From Rhodoferax sp. (GTDB taxonomy: Bacteria; Pseudomonadota; Gammaproteobacteria; Burkholderiales; Burkholderiaceae_C), in the NCBI RefSeq assembly GCF_018061265.1, contig NZ_JAGOUM010000003.1: a DNA stretch of 64,000 nucleotides. One strand, written 5' to 3'. Positions 22,326 to 32,180 of the stretch are shown here, one piece after another. The notes beneath the pieces are model-generated. The model did not search any database. It was not told the DNA's origin and was given only the letters and a program-made list of their open reading frames with translations. The translations under genes were made by a program, and so were the position numbers. Numbering within the stretch: the stretch's first letter is position 1; every line of letters starts with the position of its first letter.

Positions 22326-24050
22326 TTATTCATTGGGTCGTCGCGCCGGTTCACGCGAGTTTTCGATGACACGGTGCGACACATAGGTACCCAGCGCCAC
22401 CACGACCACGGCAATCACCCCCAGCGCTGCGCCTGGCCCGCGACCAGCAATACTTTGCATGTAAAGGTAGATGCCGTAACTCATGGGTGCCTGCGCTTCG
22501 GACGAGGTCAGCAGAATCGTCGCCGACAACTCAACAGCTGCGGTGATAAAACTGGTGACAAAACCAGCCAGAATGCCGCCCGCCATGAGTGGCACCATGA
22601 CGCGGCGCGCCGTGTTGAGTTTGCCAGCACCCAGGCTATTGGCGGCTTCTTCGAGCGACACATGCACCTGCTGCAGTGCTGCCATACAGGAGCGCAATGC
22701 ATACGGCAAGCGCCGCACCGCATACGCCATCATGATCAGTACCCAGGTCCCTACAACCGGTGTGTCTGTAAACGGCACATTCACCCCCTTGAACAGACGC
22801 AAATAACCAATGGCCAGCACCAGGCCCGGAATCGCCAGTGCAATCGAGGCCAGGTAATCCAGCCACTGGCGCGCTGGCAACTGCGTACGGTAAATCAAAT
22901 AGGCAATGGCGGTACCCAGCACAATGTCCAGACTCGCCGACATCAGGCAGTATTTGAGGGTGTTGACAATCATCGACTGTGAGTCGGTGAACACCGTGGC
23001 GTAATGCGCCAACGTGTAGGCATCGGGCAGCACCGAGAAACTCCACACTTTGGAGAACGACATCAACAAAATACCGATGTGTGGTGCCAATGTCACCAAC
23101 AGCACAAACAGCACCCAGCCGTAGGCCAGCACCGACTCCCAGCCGCGCAGATTTCGCCGTTGTAGCGAACTACCCCCCTTTTGCAAGGTGGAGTAGTCCT
23201 TGCCCTTCATGACGCGTGCTGCCATCCACAGCGCCAGGATGGAGAGCGAAATCATGATCACGCTGATCACATACCCCAACGGGTCTTCAATGCCCACAGA
23301 AGTAATCCGCAGGTAGGCCTGCGGTGCCAGCATATTGGTGACACCCATCACCAGCGGCGTACCCAGGTCATCAAAAACCTTGACAAACACCAGCGCCGCA
23401 CCGGCCAGGTAACCTGGCAGGGAAAGCGGAAAGATGATGCGCCAGAACAGCCGCCAGCCCTTGGCACCCAGATTGAGCGCTGATTCTTCCATGGCACCGT
23501 CAATGTTGCGCATGGCCGCCACCAGGTTCAGCAAGATGAACGGAAAGTAATGGATGCTCTCGACAAAGGTCACCCCCACCAGCCCATCCATGATCGGGAC
23601 ACTGAATCCAAACCAGTCATTCAGCAACAAATTGACCGAACCGCTGCGGCCAAAAATCAGCTGCAGCGCCACCGCGCCCACAAACGGCGGCATGATCAGC
23701 GGCAGCACACCCAGCGTCTGGATCAGCAACGCCCCCCTGAATTCAAAGCGCACCGTCAGGTAAGCCAGCGGCACCGCGATGATCGACGCAAACACCACTG
23801 AGGCCAGTGCCACCGTCAGACTGTTAAAAAAAGCCTCGCGCAGCAGGCTTTGGTCAAAAAAATTGCTGAAATGTCCCAAAGTCAGCGCACCCGTCTCGGT
23901 GACAAAGGCGGTATAAATCACCAAACCAACTGGCCAAAGCAAAAACACCAGCAAGAATGCCAGCACTGCCCCCGCGAGCAGCCAGGCACCCCAGGGGCGA
24001 TGGCGGCGCGCAGCCATAGGTGCCGAAGATTCAGTCAGGACAACGGACAT
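22326..24050 (-). CDS. ABC transporter permease (FbpB-like, duplicated TM domains)
   Basis: Two EAA-type motifs (EESALNLGA; EEAANSLGA). Confidence 0.92.
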   Translation of the reverse strand: MSVVLTESSAPMAARRHRPWGAWLLAGAVLAFLLVFLLWPVGLVIYTAFVTETGALTLGHFSNFFDQSLLREAFFNSLTVALASVVFASIIAVPLAYLTVRFEFRGALLIQTLGVLPLIMPPFVGAVALQLIFGRSGSVNLLLNDWFGFSVPIMDGLVGVTFVESIHYFPFILLNLVAAMRNIDGAMEESALNLGAKGWRLFWRIIFPLSLPGYLAGAALVFVKVFDDLGTPLVMGVTNMLAPQAYLRITSVGIEDPLGYVISVIMISLSILALWMAARVMKGKDYSTLQKGGSSLQRRNLRGWESVLAYGWVLFVLLVTLAPHIGILLMSFSKVWSFSVLPDAYTLAHYATVFTDSQSMIVNTLKYCLMSASLDIVLGTAIAYLIYRTQLPARQWLDYLASIALAIPGLVLAIGYLRLFKGVNVPFTDTPVVGTWVLIMMAYAVRRLPYALRSCMAALQQVHVSLEEAANSLGAGKLNTARRVMVPLMAGGILAGFVTSFITAAVELSATILLTSSEAQAPMSYGIYLYMQSIAGRGPGAALGVIAVVVVALGTYVSHRVIENSREPARRPNE

Positions 24051-24199
24051 GGCATGGCCTTGCACAGAGATTTTTGAAACAAAGGCATTCGGGTATCCAA
24101 CACTGTGCCGGATGTGATCCGTCAGGCAGACGCAACAAGTGCCGATTCAAGTACCCACTCAAGCCCGCGGCGGTGTGGGCGCCGCCGTGGCTCAAGGTG

Positions 24200-25531
24200 T
24201 TACTTCACCAGCGCAACAGCCTGCTCAGCCAGACCTTTGGCTTTCTCATAGTTGGCTTTGGACTTGGTGCTCCACAGGTCTTCCAGGCCGGTCAGCTGTT
24301 TGGCCACGGCGACTTCCTTCTTGTTTTTGCGAAACAAGGCCAGGAACTCTGCGTCTTTCACCATGTCGGCCGAGACCATGGGTGAATAGGCAAAACTGCG
24401 CGCCTGCTTGACCAACTCGGCGGCCTGAGCGTTGGGCTTGGCCTTGAGTTTGCGCTCAGCCTCATGAATGGCTTTGGTGGCGGCTTGCAAGTCTTTCAAG
24501 CGGAAAGTCACCATCTGGTCAAACAGGCTCACCACCACCTGATAACGATCACCCGAGAGATTGGAGTCAAACTGCACTTTGGCGCGTTTGGCAATCTCGG
24601 TCGCGTCGGGGTAACCCGCTGGCACTTTGGCACCAAAGCTGCTGTTGGGCAAAATCGGCAGGCGGCTGATGGCCGGGTCAAACAGCAGTTCCTGCCCTTC
24701 TTTTGATAGCGTGAACTTGATGAATTTTTTGGCCTCCTCGGCATTTTTGGCCCCTGCCACCAGTGCAATGTTGGCCGGCACCACCGCGGTCACGTTGGGA
24801 TAATGAAACTCCACCGGGTAACCCGATGCCTTGCCCGCCAGACCAAAGAAATCAATCACCAGGCCAACCCCATACTGGCCATTGTTCACGCCATCAGGCA
24901 CGGCAAAACTGCGGTCAGTGACAGCGGCACAGTTGCCGGCAATCTGCAACATCTGGCTCCAGCCTTTCTCCCAGCCCTCACCCTGCAAAATTGTCTCCAC
25001 AGTGAGGTGGGTCGTGCCCGAGCGGGAAGGCGACGACATGGCCACATGATTGAAATACTCAGGTTTGACCAGATCTGCCCATTCCTTGGGGGTCGGCACC
25101 TTGTTGGCAGCCATGTAGCGGGTGTTCCACATCAGGCCATAACCCGCCAGTGCCTGACCGTAGTACTGGTTTTCCGGGTCATTAAGCGGGTAGTTGCCAA
25201 TTTTGGCAGGCGCTTGCGGGTTTTTCACCTCGGGCGCAGGCTGAAGCAGTTTGTCGTGCGCCAATACTTCGAAAGCGTCAGGGGCGGAGGCCCACATCAC
25301 ATCCGGCCGTTGCCCGGGTGCCAGTTCCTTGATATAGGCAATGCCGGCGGTGGTGTTCTTGTTGAGAATTTCCAGCTTGATGCCCGGGTTGGCACCCTCA
25401 AACACCTTTTTATACGCGGCGGTCAGTTCTTTGGGAAATGATGTGACCACTGCGACCGTACCGGCATGGGCAGCGGCAAACGCTGTCATCAATGCCAGAG
25501 TCAGAGTGTGGGTGGCGAAGGGAAAGCGCAT
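24200..25531 (-). CDS. ABC transporter substrate-binding protein
   Basis: Signal peptide MRFPFATHTLTLALMTAFAAAHA, KEWADL and SPSRSGT; upstream of permease and ATPase. Confidence 0.9.
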   Translation of the reverse strand: MRFPFATHTLTLALMTAFAAAHAGTVAVVTSFPKELTAAYKKVFEGANPGIKLEILNKNTTAGIAYIKELAPGQRPDVMWASAPDAFEVLAHDKLLQPAPEVKNPQAPAKIGNYPLNDPENQYYGQALAGYGLMWNTRYMAANKVPTPKEWADLVKPEYFNHVAMSSPSRSGTTHLTVETILQGEGWEKGWSQMLQIAGNCAAVTDRSFAVPDGVNNGQYGVGLVIDFFGLAGKASGYPVEFHYPNVTAVVPANIALVAGAKNAEEAKKFIKFTLSKEGQELLFDPAISRLPILPNSSFGAKVPAGYPDATEIAKRAKVQFDSNLSGDRYQVVVSLFDQMVTFRLKDLQAATKAIHEAERKLKAKPNAQAAELVKQARSFAYSPMVSADMVKDAEFLALFRKNKKEVAVAKQLTGLEDLWSTKSKANYEKAKGLAEQAVALVK

Positions 25532-25692
25532 CAATGTCTCCTGATAGGTTTTGGATTGCAAGCCAAATGTAAGGGTGATCACGACCTTGCGCCAATTGGC
25601 ATTTCTGATGGGGGTCATCAGCCAGACCAAGCGTCGGGTTTTCCCGCTCCAACACCCTGCCGGTACATGACAGGCAATGAGTGATTGAAATA

Positions 25693-25752
25693 CCATCAAT
25701 AGAGTAGCAACTCAGTCAAATATTACATGCACTTAAGCGGCATTCAATCACC
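25693..25752 (+). repeat. ~60-bp palindromic repeat, copy 5 (overlaps GRDP-like gene stop)
   Basis: CCATCAATAGA-GTAGCAACTCAGTC-AAATATTACAT-GCACTTAAGCG-GCATTCAATCA. Confidence 0.5.
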
Positions 25753-26541
25753 ACCACCACAGCCGCCACTGTCTCCGCCACCTGAGTCCCCACCCGCGGC
25801 ATCGCTACCACCAAAACCATCGGCATCACCCTCAGACGCGCTGCCATCCCCACCACCAAAGCTGCTCCCGCAATAGGCGTCTGAGCCGCTATGCCGGTTG
25901 ATGTCCCGGCAGTCGGGCACATACGCAAACCCGCCCGGGATGCCAAACTTCTTGTCCAGCGCAAAAAGCAGAGGCAGCCGAGTGGGTTGGCGCGGGTCGA
26001 TGCTTTCCTCCTTGCAAGCCCAGTACCAGGTGCGACGCAGGCCATCGTTTCGTTTGGCATCTCGGCCAAGGACTTCAGCAGGCGTGTGGTGCAACATCTT
26101 GCCAAAGGCCGCGTCACACCACAATTGGTAGGCGCGGGTGTGCAGGATGAAGGTATGCCAGGCAAAGTCAACCACCTGCGACGGCATGGCAACAAACTGT
26201 CGACCGCTGCGCAGGTAGGCCACAAAAAACTGTCGCAGCCCACGCAACACCAGGTCCGCGTCACCAGCGCTCAGCTGCGGGTACTGGGCGCGCAGTTTGG
26301 CGGCCAGGATCGGTGTCAAGCGTGATTCACGAATGAACTGTCGCCGTCGACTCGTCTCCCAGGCCTGCAGTGCGCCATAACCCGCCAGACTGGGCAACAG
26401 CACCAACAGAAGCGACGGTTGCCAACCTGACGAGAGCACCGCAATAGCAATAGGACCACACAATACCGCCCATTTCAGCACCGCCAGCGCCGCAATGCGC
26501 CGTGCGCCGGACAGGTTGAGCCGGGTCAACCCTGAACTCAC
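25744..26541 (-). CDS. Glycine-rich-domain (GRDP/DUF1399-like) membrane protein
   Basis: MPSQVVDFAWHTFILHTRAY...LHHTP motif and Gly/Asp-rich tail ending GGCGGGD. Confidence 0.75.
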   Translation of the reverse strand: MSSGLTRLNLSGARRIAALAVLKWAVLCGPIAIAVLSSGWQPSLLLVLLPSLAGYGALQAWETSRRRQFIRESRLTPILAAKLRAQYPQLSAGDADLVLRGLRQFFVAYLRSGRQFVAMPSQVVDFAWHTFILHTRAYQLWCDAAFGKMLHHTPAEVLGRDAKRNDGLRRTWYWACKEESIDPRQPTRLPLLFALDKKFGIPGGFAYVPDCRDINRHSGSDAYCGSSFGGGDGSASEGDADGFGGSDAAGGDSGGGDSGGCGGGD

Positions 26542-28388
26542 ATTTGCCCCTTGGCGCGCGATTCTTCTTGCAGGCGCAACACCCGGCGCTGCACTTTACC
26601 GGTCGTGGTCATCGGCAGCGACTCGACAAATTCGATCTCCTTGGGGTATTCGTATGGTGCCAGTTTGTCCTTGACATGGTTCTGCAGTTCGGACACCAGT
26701 TTTGCATCAAAAAGGCCATCAGCGCTTTCTGAGCAAGCTCTCATTGCTGCCATTTCAGAAGCAAGAACCACATAGGCCTTGACCACCGCACCACGGTCCC
26801 GGTCAGGTTTTGGCACAACGGCCGCATTCGCCACCGCAGGGTGTTTGACCAGGCAGTTCTCGATTTCGCCTGGGCCAATCCGGTAGCCTGCCGACTTGAA
26901 CATGTCGTCGCTGCGGCCCTGGTACCAAAGGTAACCCTGTTGATCGCGTGAGGCGAGATCACCGGTGCGGCACCAGTTGCCCGTATATTTGGCCTGGGTT
27001 GCCTGAGGGTTCTTCCAATAGCCCAGAAAAAAAACCGGATCCGGCTGACCCTGCCGGTCGAGGCGATTAACTGCCACCTCCCCCACCACACCCGGTGCGC
27101 ATTCCTGTCCGTCGTCATCAATCACGGCCACCTGGTGACCGGGATACGCCATCCCCATGCTGCCAGGTCGCGGGGGCCACAGAGCAGCACAATTGCCAAC
27201 GATGTAGTTGATCTCGGTCTGGCCAAACATTTCATTGGCCGTCACACCGAGCTGACTGTGGCAGTAATCAAACACCGCGTCACCAACGGCCTCACCGGCA
27301 CTCATGACGGCTTGAAGTTTCAGGTCAAACTGCTCGCGGACCGTTAGATCCGCACGGCCCGAGTAGGCTTTCATCATCGCCTTTAGCGCGGTCGGAAACA
27401 AAAAACTGTGGGTCACTTGACAGTCACGCAGCAGGTGCAGCGCCAGATCCGGTCCAAAGCGCTCACTGCAGGCAACAATGGGGCGACCAAAATACAGCGT
27501 GGGCAATAGCGCATCCATCAAGCCACCGGTCCAGGCCCAGTCGGCAGGACTCCAGAAAATGGCGTCAGAGCGCGGGTTCGGCTCAGCACGCTGCATGGAC
27601 GCCAGCACCTCTTGCCACTGTACCGGGGCAGTTGCCGATTGGGCCGCCCCTGGGAGCAAGGCAAAACCATTCTGGCTACACACAAAACCGGTCAGGTTTC
27701 CCAGCAAGGCCCGGTGGGGGATCAGCGCACCTTTGGGGTTGCCGGTGGTGCCACTGGTGTAGATCAAGACAGCCGGATCCTCGGCGCGCGTCGCTACCAG
27801 ATTGAAACGCGAGTCGCTTTGCGCCAATGCCGTGGAGTAGTCCAGCCCAATCCCGGCGCCATCCAGGCAGATCAATTGCCGCAGTGCCGGACAAATGTCA
27901 AACATGGTCTGTACCGTGGGAGCCGTTGCGCCAGCCACGATGCCGATCACCGCCTGGCTGTCCTGCAGACGAAACGCCAGCGCCTCCGGGCCAAACAGGA
28001 TCGACAAGGGAACCGCCACGGCGCCCATCTGCAGCACGGCCATGTAGCACACGGCTGTCTCAAAGCGCTGCGGCAGGACGATGGCCACCCGATCGCCCGC
28101 TACAACACCCAATTCCTGAAGCACCCGGCTTAACCGGTTGGCCTGGTCTGCCAGTTCAGAATATGAATGAAATATGCATCCAGCGCCTGCCTGGTATGAC
28201 ATTACAGCTACAAGTTTTGAATCATCATCAGAGGCAACCCAGCGCCGGCAGCAGACCTGTGCAATATTAAGAACCTCGGGGATATCCCACTGAAACACAG
28301 AATGTAACGACTGGTAAGTACCAGGCATGTCCCAGCCTGGTTGATTCTTTGGCTCTGGGTCAACGGATTGGACGGAATAGACAGGCAT
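26538..28388 (-). CDS. Acyl-CoA synthetase (AMP-forming)
   Basis: IYTSGTTGNPKG, FGQTE, RTGDL, GYRIGPGEIE and MTTTGKVQR. Start uncertain (28388 or 28328). Confidence 0.92.
   Translation of the reverse strand: MPVYSVQSVDPEPKNQPGWDMPGTYQSLHSVFQWDIPEVLNIAQVCCRRWVASDDDSKLVAVMSYQAGAGCIFHSYSELADQANRLSRVLQELGVVAGDRVAIVLPQRFETAVCYMAVLQMGAVAVPLSILFGPEALAFRLQDSQAVIGIVAGATAPTVQTMFDICPALRQLICLDGAGIGLDYSTALAQSDSRFNLVATRAEDPAVLIYTSGTTGNPKGALIPHRALLGNLTGFVCSQNGFALLPGAAQSATAPVQWQEVLASMQRAEPNPRSDAIFWSPADWAWTGGLMDALLPTLYFGRPIVACSERFGPDLALHLLRDCQVTHSFLFPTALKAMMKAYSGRADLTVREQFDLKLQAVMSAGEAVGDAVFDYCHSQLGVTANEMFGQTEINYIVGNCAALWPPRPGSMGMAYPGHQVAVIDDDGQECAPGVVGEVAVNRLDRQGQPDPVFFLGYWKNPQATQAKYTGNWCRTGDLASRDQQGYLWYQGRSDDMFKSAGYRIGPGEIENCLVKHPAVANAAVVPKPDRDRGAVVKAYVVLASEMAAMRACSESADGLFDAKLVSELQNHVKDKLAPYEYPKEIEFVESLPMTTTGKVQRRVLRLQEESRAKGQM
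26701..26761 (-). repeat. ~60-bp palindromic repeat, copy 6 (inside acyl-CoA synthetase, C-terminal)
   Basis: GCAGCAATGAGAGC-TTGCTCAGAAA-GCGCTGATGGC-CTTTTTGATGCAAA. Confidence 0.65.
28162..28222 (-). repeat. ~60-bp palindromic repeat, copy 7 (inside acyl-CoA synthetase, N-terminal)
   Basis: GTAGCTGTAATGTC-ATACCAGGCAG-GCGCTGGATGC-ATATTTCATTCATA. Confidence 0.65.
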
Positions 28389-28566
28389 GGTGAACCTTTT
28401 TTTGAGTGTGGTAAATGTACCAAGTGACAATCAGGTCGCCAAGCCCGGCAACGCACCAAAGCAGCTAACATTGCCACACTTTGACGGAACCCAGGTTGCC
28501 ATTAAGGTTGAAGCATCCTGCAGTAATTCGGACACAATCCGGCTCTGAAAAGGCAGTTCACACACA

Positions 28567-29589
28567 ATGAGAGCAAGTTATCAATGGCTGATAGGTGCTG
28601 CAGCGGCTTTACTGCTGGTTGGCGCGTTAGTCGTCGCAACCCGAACCGGTCCTGAGCTGTCTTCCACGATGGTGATGGCGCAACCGGCGGTCGTGCCGAT
28701 GGTCGAGGCAGACGGTCCCTTGGCGCCATTGCCGTTACATGTGGCGCTGGATGCACGCAAAGTCGCGTTGGGCGAACGTCTTTTTCATGATGGCCGCCTA
28801 TCTGCTGACGGCATGGTTTCGTGTGCCCACTGTCACCAGCTGGCCAGCGGCGCCGCCGATCACCTGCCACGTGCCCGGGGTGTTGAGGGCAAGGAAGGCA
28901 CCATCAACACACCCTCGGTGTTTAATAGCGGGCTGAATTTCCGACAATTTTGGGACGGGCGTGCCGCCACCCTTGAAGAACAGGTGGATGGCCCGCTGCA
29001 AAACCCGATCGAGATGGCCAGCTCCTGGCCAAAGGCCATTGCCGCATTGAAGGATGACACAAGCTACCGCAGCGAGTTTTCGGCAGTCTATGCCGATGGC
29101 GTCACTGCCGCCAACATTCGTGACGCCATTGCCACGTTTGAGCGCTCACTGATCACGCCCAATGCGCGTTTTGACCAGTTCTTGCGCGGCAATTTGGCGG
29201 CACTCAACGAGGCTGAGCAGGCCGGTTACCGACTGTTCAAACAAATTGGTTGTACCAGTTGCCACCAGGGCATCAACGTGGGGGGCAACATGTACCAGAA
29301 ACTGGGCATCATGGAAGACTACTTTGACGCCAATGCCCAACCCGACACAGGCCGCTTCAAGATTACCCGTCGCGAAGAGGATCGCTATTTCCGCAAGGTA
29401 CCCTCTCTGCGCAATGTGGCAGTGACCGCACCCTACCTGCATGATGCGTCTGCGGCCACACTGGAAGATGCCGTGCGCATCATGGCGCGTTACCAATTGG
29501 GCAAACACCTCGACTCCGCCGAGATCAGCAATATCTCGGCTTTTTTGCGCACCCTGACCGGCGAATACCAGGGTAAACCTTTGCAATGA
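28567..29589 (+). CDS. Diheme cytochrome c peroxidase (CCP/MauG family)
   Basis: Two heme motifs CAHCH and CTSCH, QFWDGRA and KVPSLRNVAVTAPYLHD. Confidence 0.93.
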   Translation: MRASYQWLIGAAAALLLVGALVVATRTGPELSSTMVMAQPAVVPMVEADGPLAPLPLHVALDARKVALGERLFHDGRLSADGMVSCAHCHQLASGAADHLPRARGVEGKEGTINTPSVFNSGLNFRQFWDGRAATLEEQVDGPLQNPIEMASSWPKAIAALKDDTSYRSEFSAVYADGVTAANIRDAIATFERSLITPNARFDQFLRGNLAALNEAEQAGYRLFKQIGCTSCHQGINVGGNMYQKLGIMEDYFDANAQPDTGRFKITRREEDRYFRKVPSLRNVAVTAPYLHDASAATLEDAVRIMARYQLGKHLDSAEISNISAFLRTLTGEYQGKPLQ

Positions 29590-32132
29590 AGCTGCTTCGT
29601 GCCCTGAAGTTTCACCTGATCAACCACGCTGACTACTACCGTGCAGGAGGCGTCCTGACCGCCGCGCTAGCGCTGGTGGGCTTGTATCTGCTGACCCAGC
29701 CGATTGATTTGCGGCGGCACAACAGCTTGCTTGGGCACTTCAGCCAGTTACAAAGCAGCGAGAGCCGCCTGGGGGAAGCGGTGCTTCAACTGAACTTCAA
29801 CCTGGCCAACAACTACGATCTGGCCACCGCACTGATCACCCAGATGCGGGCAACTGCCCGTCATCTGCGCGAAGGCGCGGCCAGTGCCGAGCTGCGGGAT
29901 GTACCCGAGTTCCAGCAGCAGCTTCGCCTGCTGGAGCAGCGTCTTGCGGTCAAACAGGACGTGCTGGAGCAATTTAAGTCCCGCAATGCCGTGCTGAAAA
30001 ACTCACTGCTGTATTTGCCGCTGGCGCGCGACGAACTGGCGCGTGAATTGCCTAGCGGATCTCCAGTGCGCACCCATCTCAACGCGGTGGTGGAGTACCT
30101 GCTGCTCAATCGGGTGAACGGCGGTTTGCTGGAGCGCGGTGATGTCTCGCGCCTGACCAGCGCATTGCTTGCCGCTAGCGGCGTCCTGCCCGACAGTGCA
30201 CAAGCCAAGCTTGACAGTCTGATGCGCCATGTCAAACTTATCGACGACTACGAGCGTCGTATGCCGGGGCTGGTGCGCCAGCTGACCGGCCCGCCAGAAC
30301 ATTCCGCACTGGCGGCAAGCTACGCAAGGTATTATGACCACCAGCAAGAGCGCGCTGCCCTTTACCGGTCGTTCCTGTTGCTGGCCACGCTGCTCTTACT
30401 CAGTTACACGGTGCGCAGCTTTCTGCGGATGCGGGAGCAGACGCTGCAACTGCAACTCGCTGCCAGTGTTTTTGCCTCGGCCTCTGAGGGCATCACCATC
30501 ACCGATGAGCGCGGCACCATTCTGAATGTCAATGCCGCCTTCACACGCGTGACAGGTTATGAACGCGCCGACGTGATCGGGAAGAACCCACGACTGCTTC
30601 GCTCTGGCCGACAAGGCCCGGAGTTTTACCAGCAAATGTGGCAGACGCTGGTTCAGGACGGCGCTTGGCAAGGCGAGATCTGGAACCGGCGCAAGAATGG
30701 CGAGGTGTATCCGGAATGGCTGTCCATCACAGCGGCAACGCTGCGTTCTTCTGCCGGTCGGCCACGCACCCATTACGTCGCCACCTTCAGCGACATCTCA
30801 CAGCGCAAGAAAGACGAAGCCGAGATCTACCAGCTGGCCTTTTATGACCCGCTCACCGCCTTGCCCAACCGTCGCCTGTTGATCGACCGGATGCGACAAA
30901 TTCTGAACTCGCGCAACCATGGTGCTGGTCAGGCCGCCCTGCTGTTCATCGACATCGACAACTTCAAGGTGCTCAATGACACCAAGGGCAACGAAATCGG
31001 CGATCTGTTGTTGTCTGAAATTGGTCGCCGCCTGCTGAGCTGTGCGCGTGAAGGTGACACGGTCGCCCGGCTGAGCAGCGACGAGTTTATGGTGCTGCTA
31101 CAGGGCTTGCGGGCCGAAGCAGAGCCTGAACAGGCGGCAGCCCAGGTCAAATCGGCGGCAGAGAAGATCCGCAAGCTGCTGGCTGCACCGTATCGACTGC
31201 GGGAATTTGACTACACCTGCACCTGCAGCATTGGCATCAGTTTGTCCAATCCATCTCTGGCCGCTGAAGAGATGCTGCAGCATGCCAATACGGCCATGTC
31301 CCAGGCCAAGGCAGCAGGCCGCGATACCTTGCGCTTTTTTGATCCAACAATGCAAAATGCTCTGGAAGCGCGTGCCGCCCTGGAGTCAGACCTGCGCCAA
31401 GCGGTCTCGCTACAGCAGTTTGCGCTGTATTACCAGATTCAGGTCGATCAGCATCGCCGCGCCACCGGCGCCGAAGCTCTGGTGCGCTGGCGGCATCCCA
31501 CCAGAGGACTGGTTTCGCCCGCCGAATTTATCCCCCTGGCGGAAGAAATCGGGCTCATCATGCCGCTGGGCCTGTGGATATTACAAACCGCCTGTGCGCA
31601 GATCAAGGCCTGGGAAGGACATGCACTGACCGACCAGCTGGTTTTGGCGGTCAACATCAGCGCCCGTCAGCTCAGTGCCGACAATTTTGTCAGTCAAATC
31701 GAATCCGTATTACATGGCAGTGGCATCGAGCCGAGCCGACTCAAGCTCGAAATCACCGAGAGCATGCTGCTGACCGATGTTGAAACCGTCATCAGCACCA
31801 TGCGCCAGGTTAAGGCGTTGGGGGTTGGTTTTTCACTGGATGACTTTGGCACCGGCTACTCGTCGCTGCAATACCTTAAGCGTTTGCCGCTGGACCAGGT
31901 CAAAATTGACCAGTCGTTTGTGCACGATGTGTCCAGGCTGCGCAGCGACCAGGCCATTGTCAGCACCATTGTGGCCATGGCCCAAAGCCTGGACCTGGGT
32001 GTTATTGCGGAAGGTGTTGAGACCGAGGATCAGCATGAAACGCTGGCAACCCGCGGATGCACCCATTTTCAGGGCTACCTCTTCAGCAAACCGGTGCCGA
32101 TCGACGCTTTCGAAGCCTTGCTTGCGGCGTGA
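29586..32132 (+). CDS. Membrane sensor with DAHL-like periplasmic domain, PAS, degenerate GGDEF and EAL domain
   Basis: TM-helical domain (NYD...FKSRNAVLKNSLLY)-TM, PAS (WQGEIWNRRKNGEVYPEWLSI), SSDEF in place of GGDEF, EAL and DDFGTGYSSL; ATGA overlap with the peroxidase gene. Confidence 0.88.
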   Translation: MKLLRALKFHLINHADYYRAGGVLTAALALVGLYLLTQPIDLRRHNSLLGHFSQLQSSESRLGEAVLQLNFNLANNYDLATALITQMRATARHLREGAASAELRDVPEFQQQLRLLEQRLAVKQDVLEQFKSRNAVLKNSLLYLPLARDELARELPSGSPVRTHLNAVVEYLLLNRVNGGLLERGDVSRLTSALLAASGVLPDSAQAKLDSLMRHVKLIDDYERRMPGLVRQLTGPPEHSALAASYARYYDHQQERAALYRSFLLLATLLLLSYTVRSFLRMREQTLQLQLAASVFASASEGITITDERGTILNVNAAFTRVTGYERADVIGKNPRLLRSGRQGPEFYQQMWQTLVQDGAWQGEIWNRRKNGEVYPEWLSITAATLRSSAGRPRTHYVATFSDISQRKKDEAEIYQLAFYDPLTALPNRRLLIDRMRQILNSRNHGAGQAALLFIDIDNFKVLNDTKGNEIGDLLLSEIGRRLLSCAREGDTVARLSSDEFMVLLQGLRAEAEPEQAAAQVKSAAEKIRKLLAAPYRLREFDYTCTCSIGISLSNPSLAAEEMLQHANTAMSQAKAAGRDTLRFFDPTMQNALEARAALESDLRQAVSLQQFALYYQIQVDQHRRATGAEALVRWRHPTRGLVSPAEFIPLAEEIGLIMPLGLWILQTACAQIKAWEGHALTDQLVLAVNISARQLSADNFVSQIESVLHGSGIEPSRLKLEITESMLLTDVETVISTMRQVKALGVGFSLDDFGTGYSSLQYLKRLPLDQVKIDQSFVHDVSRLRSDQAIVSTIVAMAQSLDLGVIAEGVETEDQHETLATRGCTHFQGYLFSKPVPIDAFEALLAA

Positions 32133-32180
32133 GAAAATCCACGCTTCAACAAGACCAGCTAAAAAATAGGAAATCGCATC

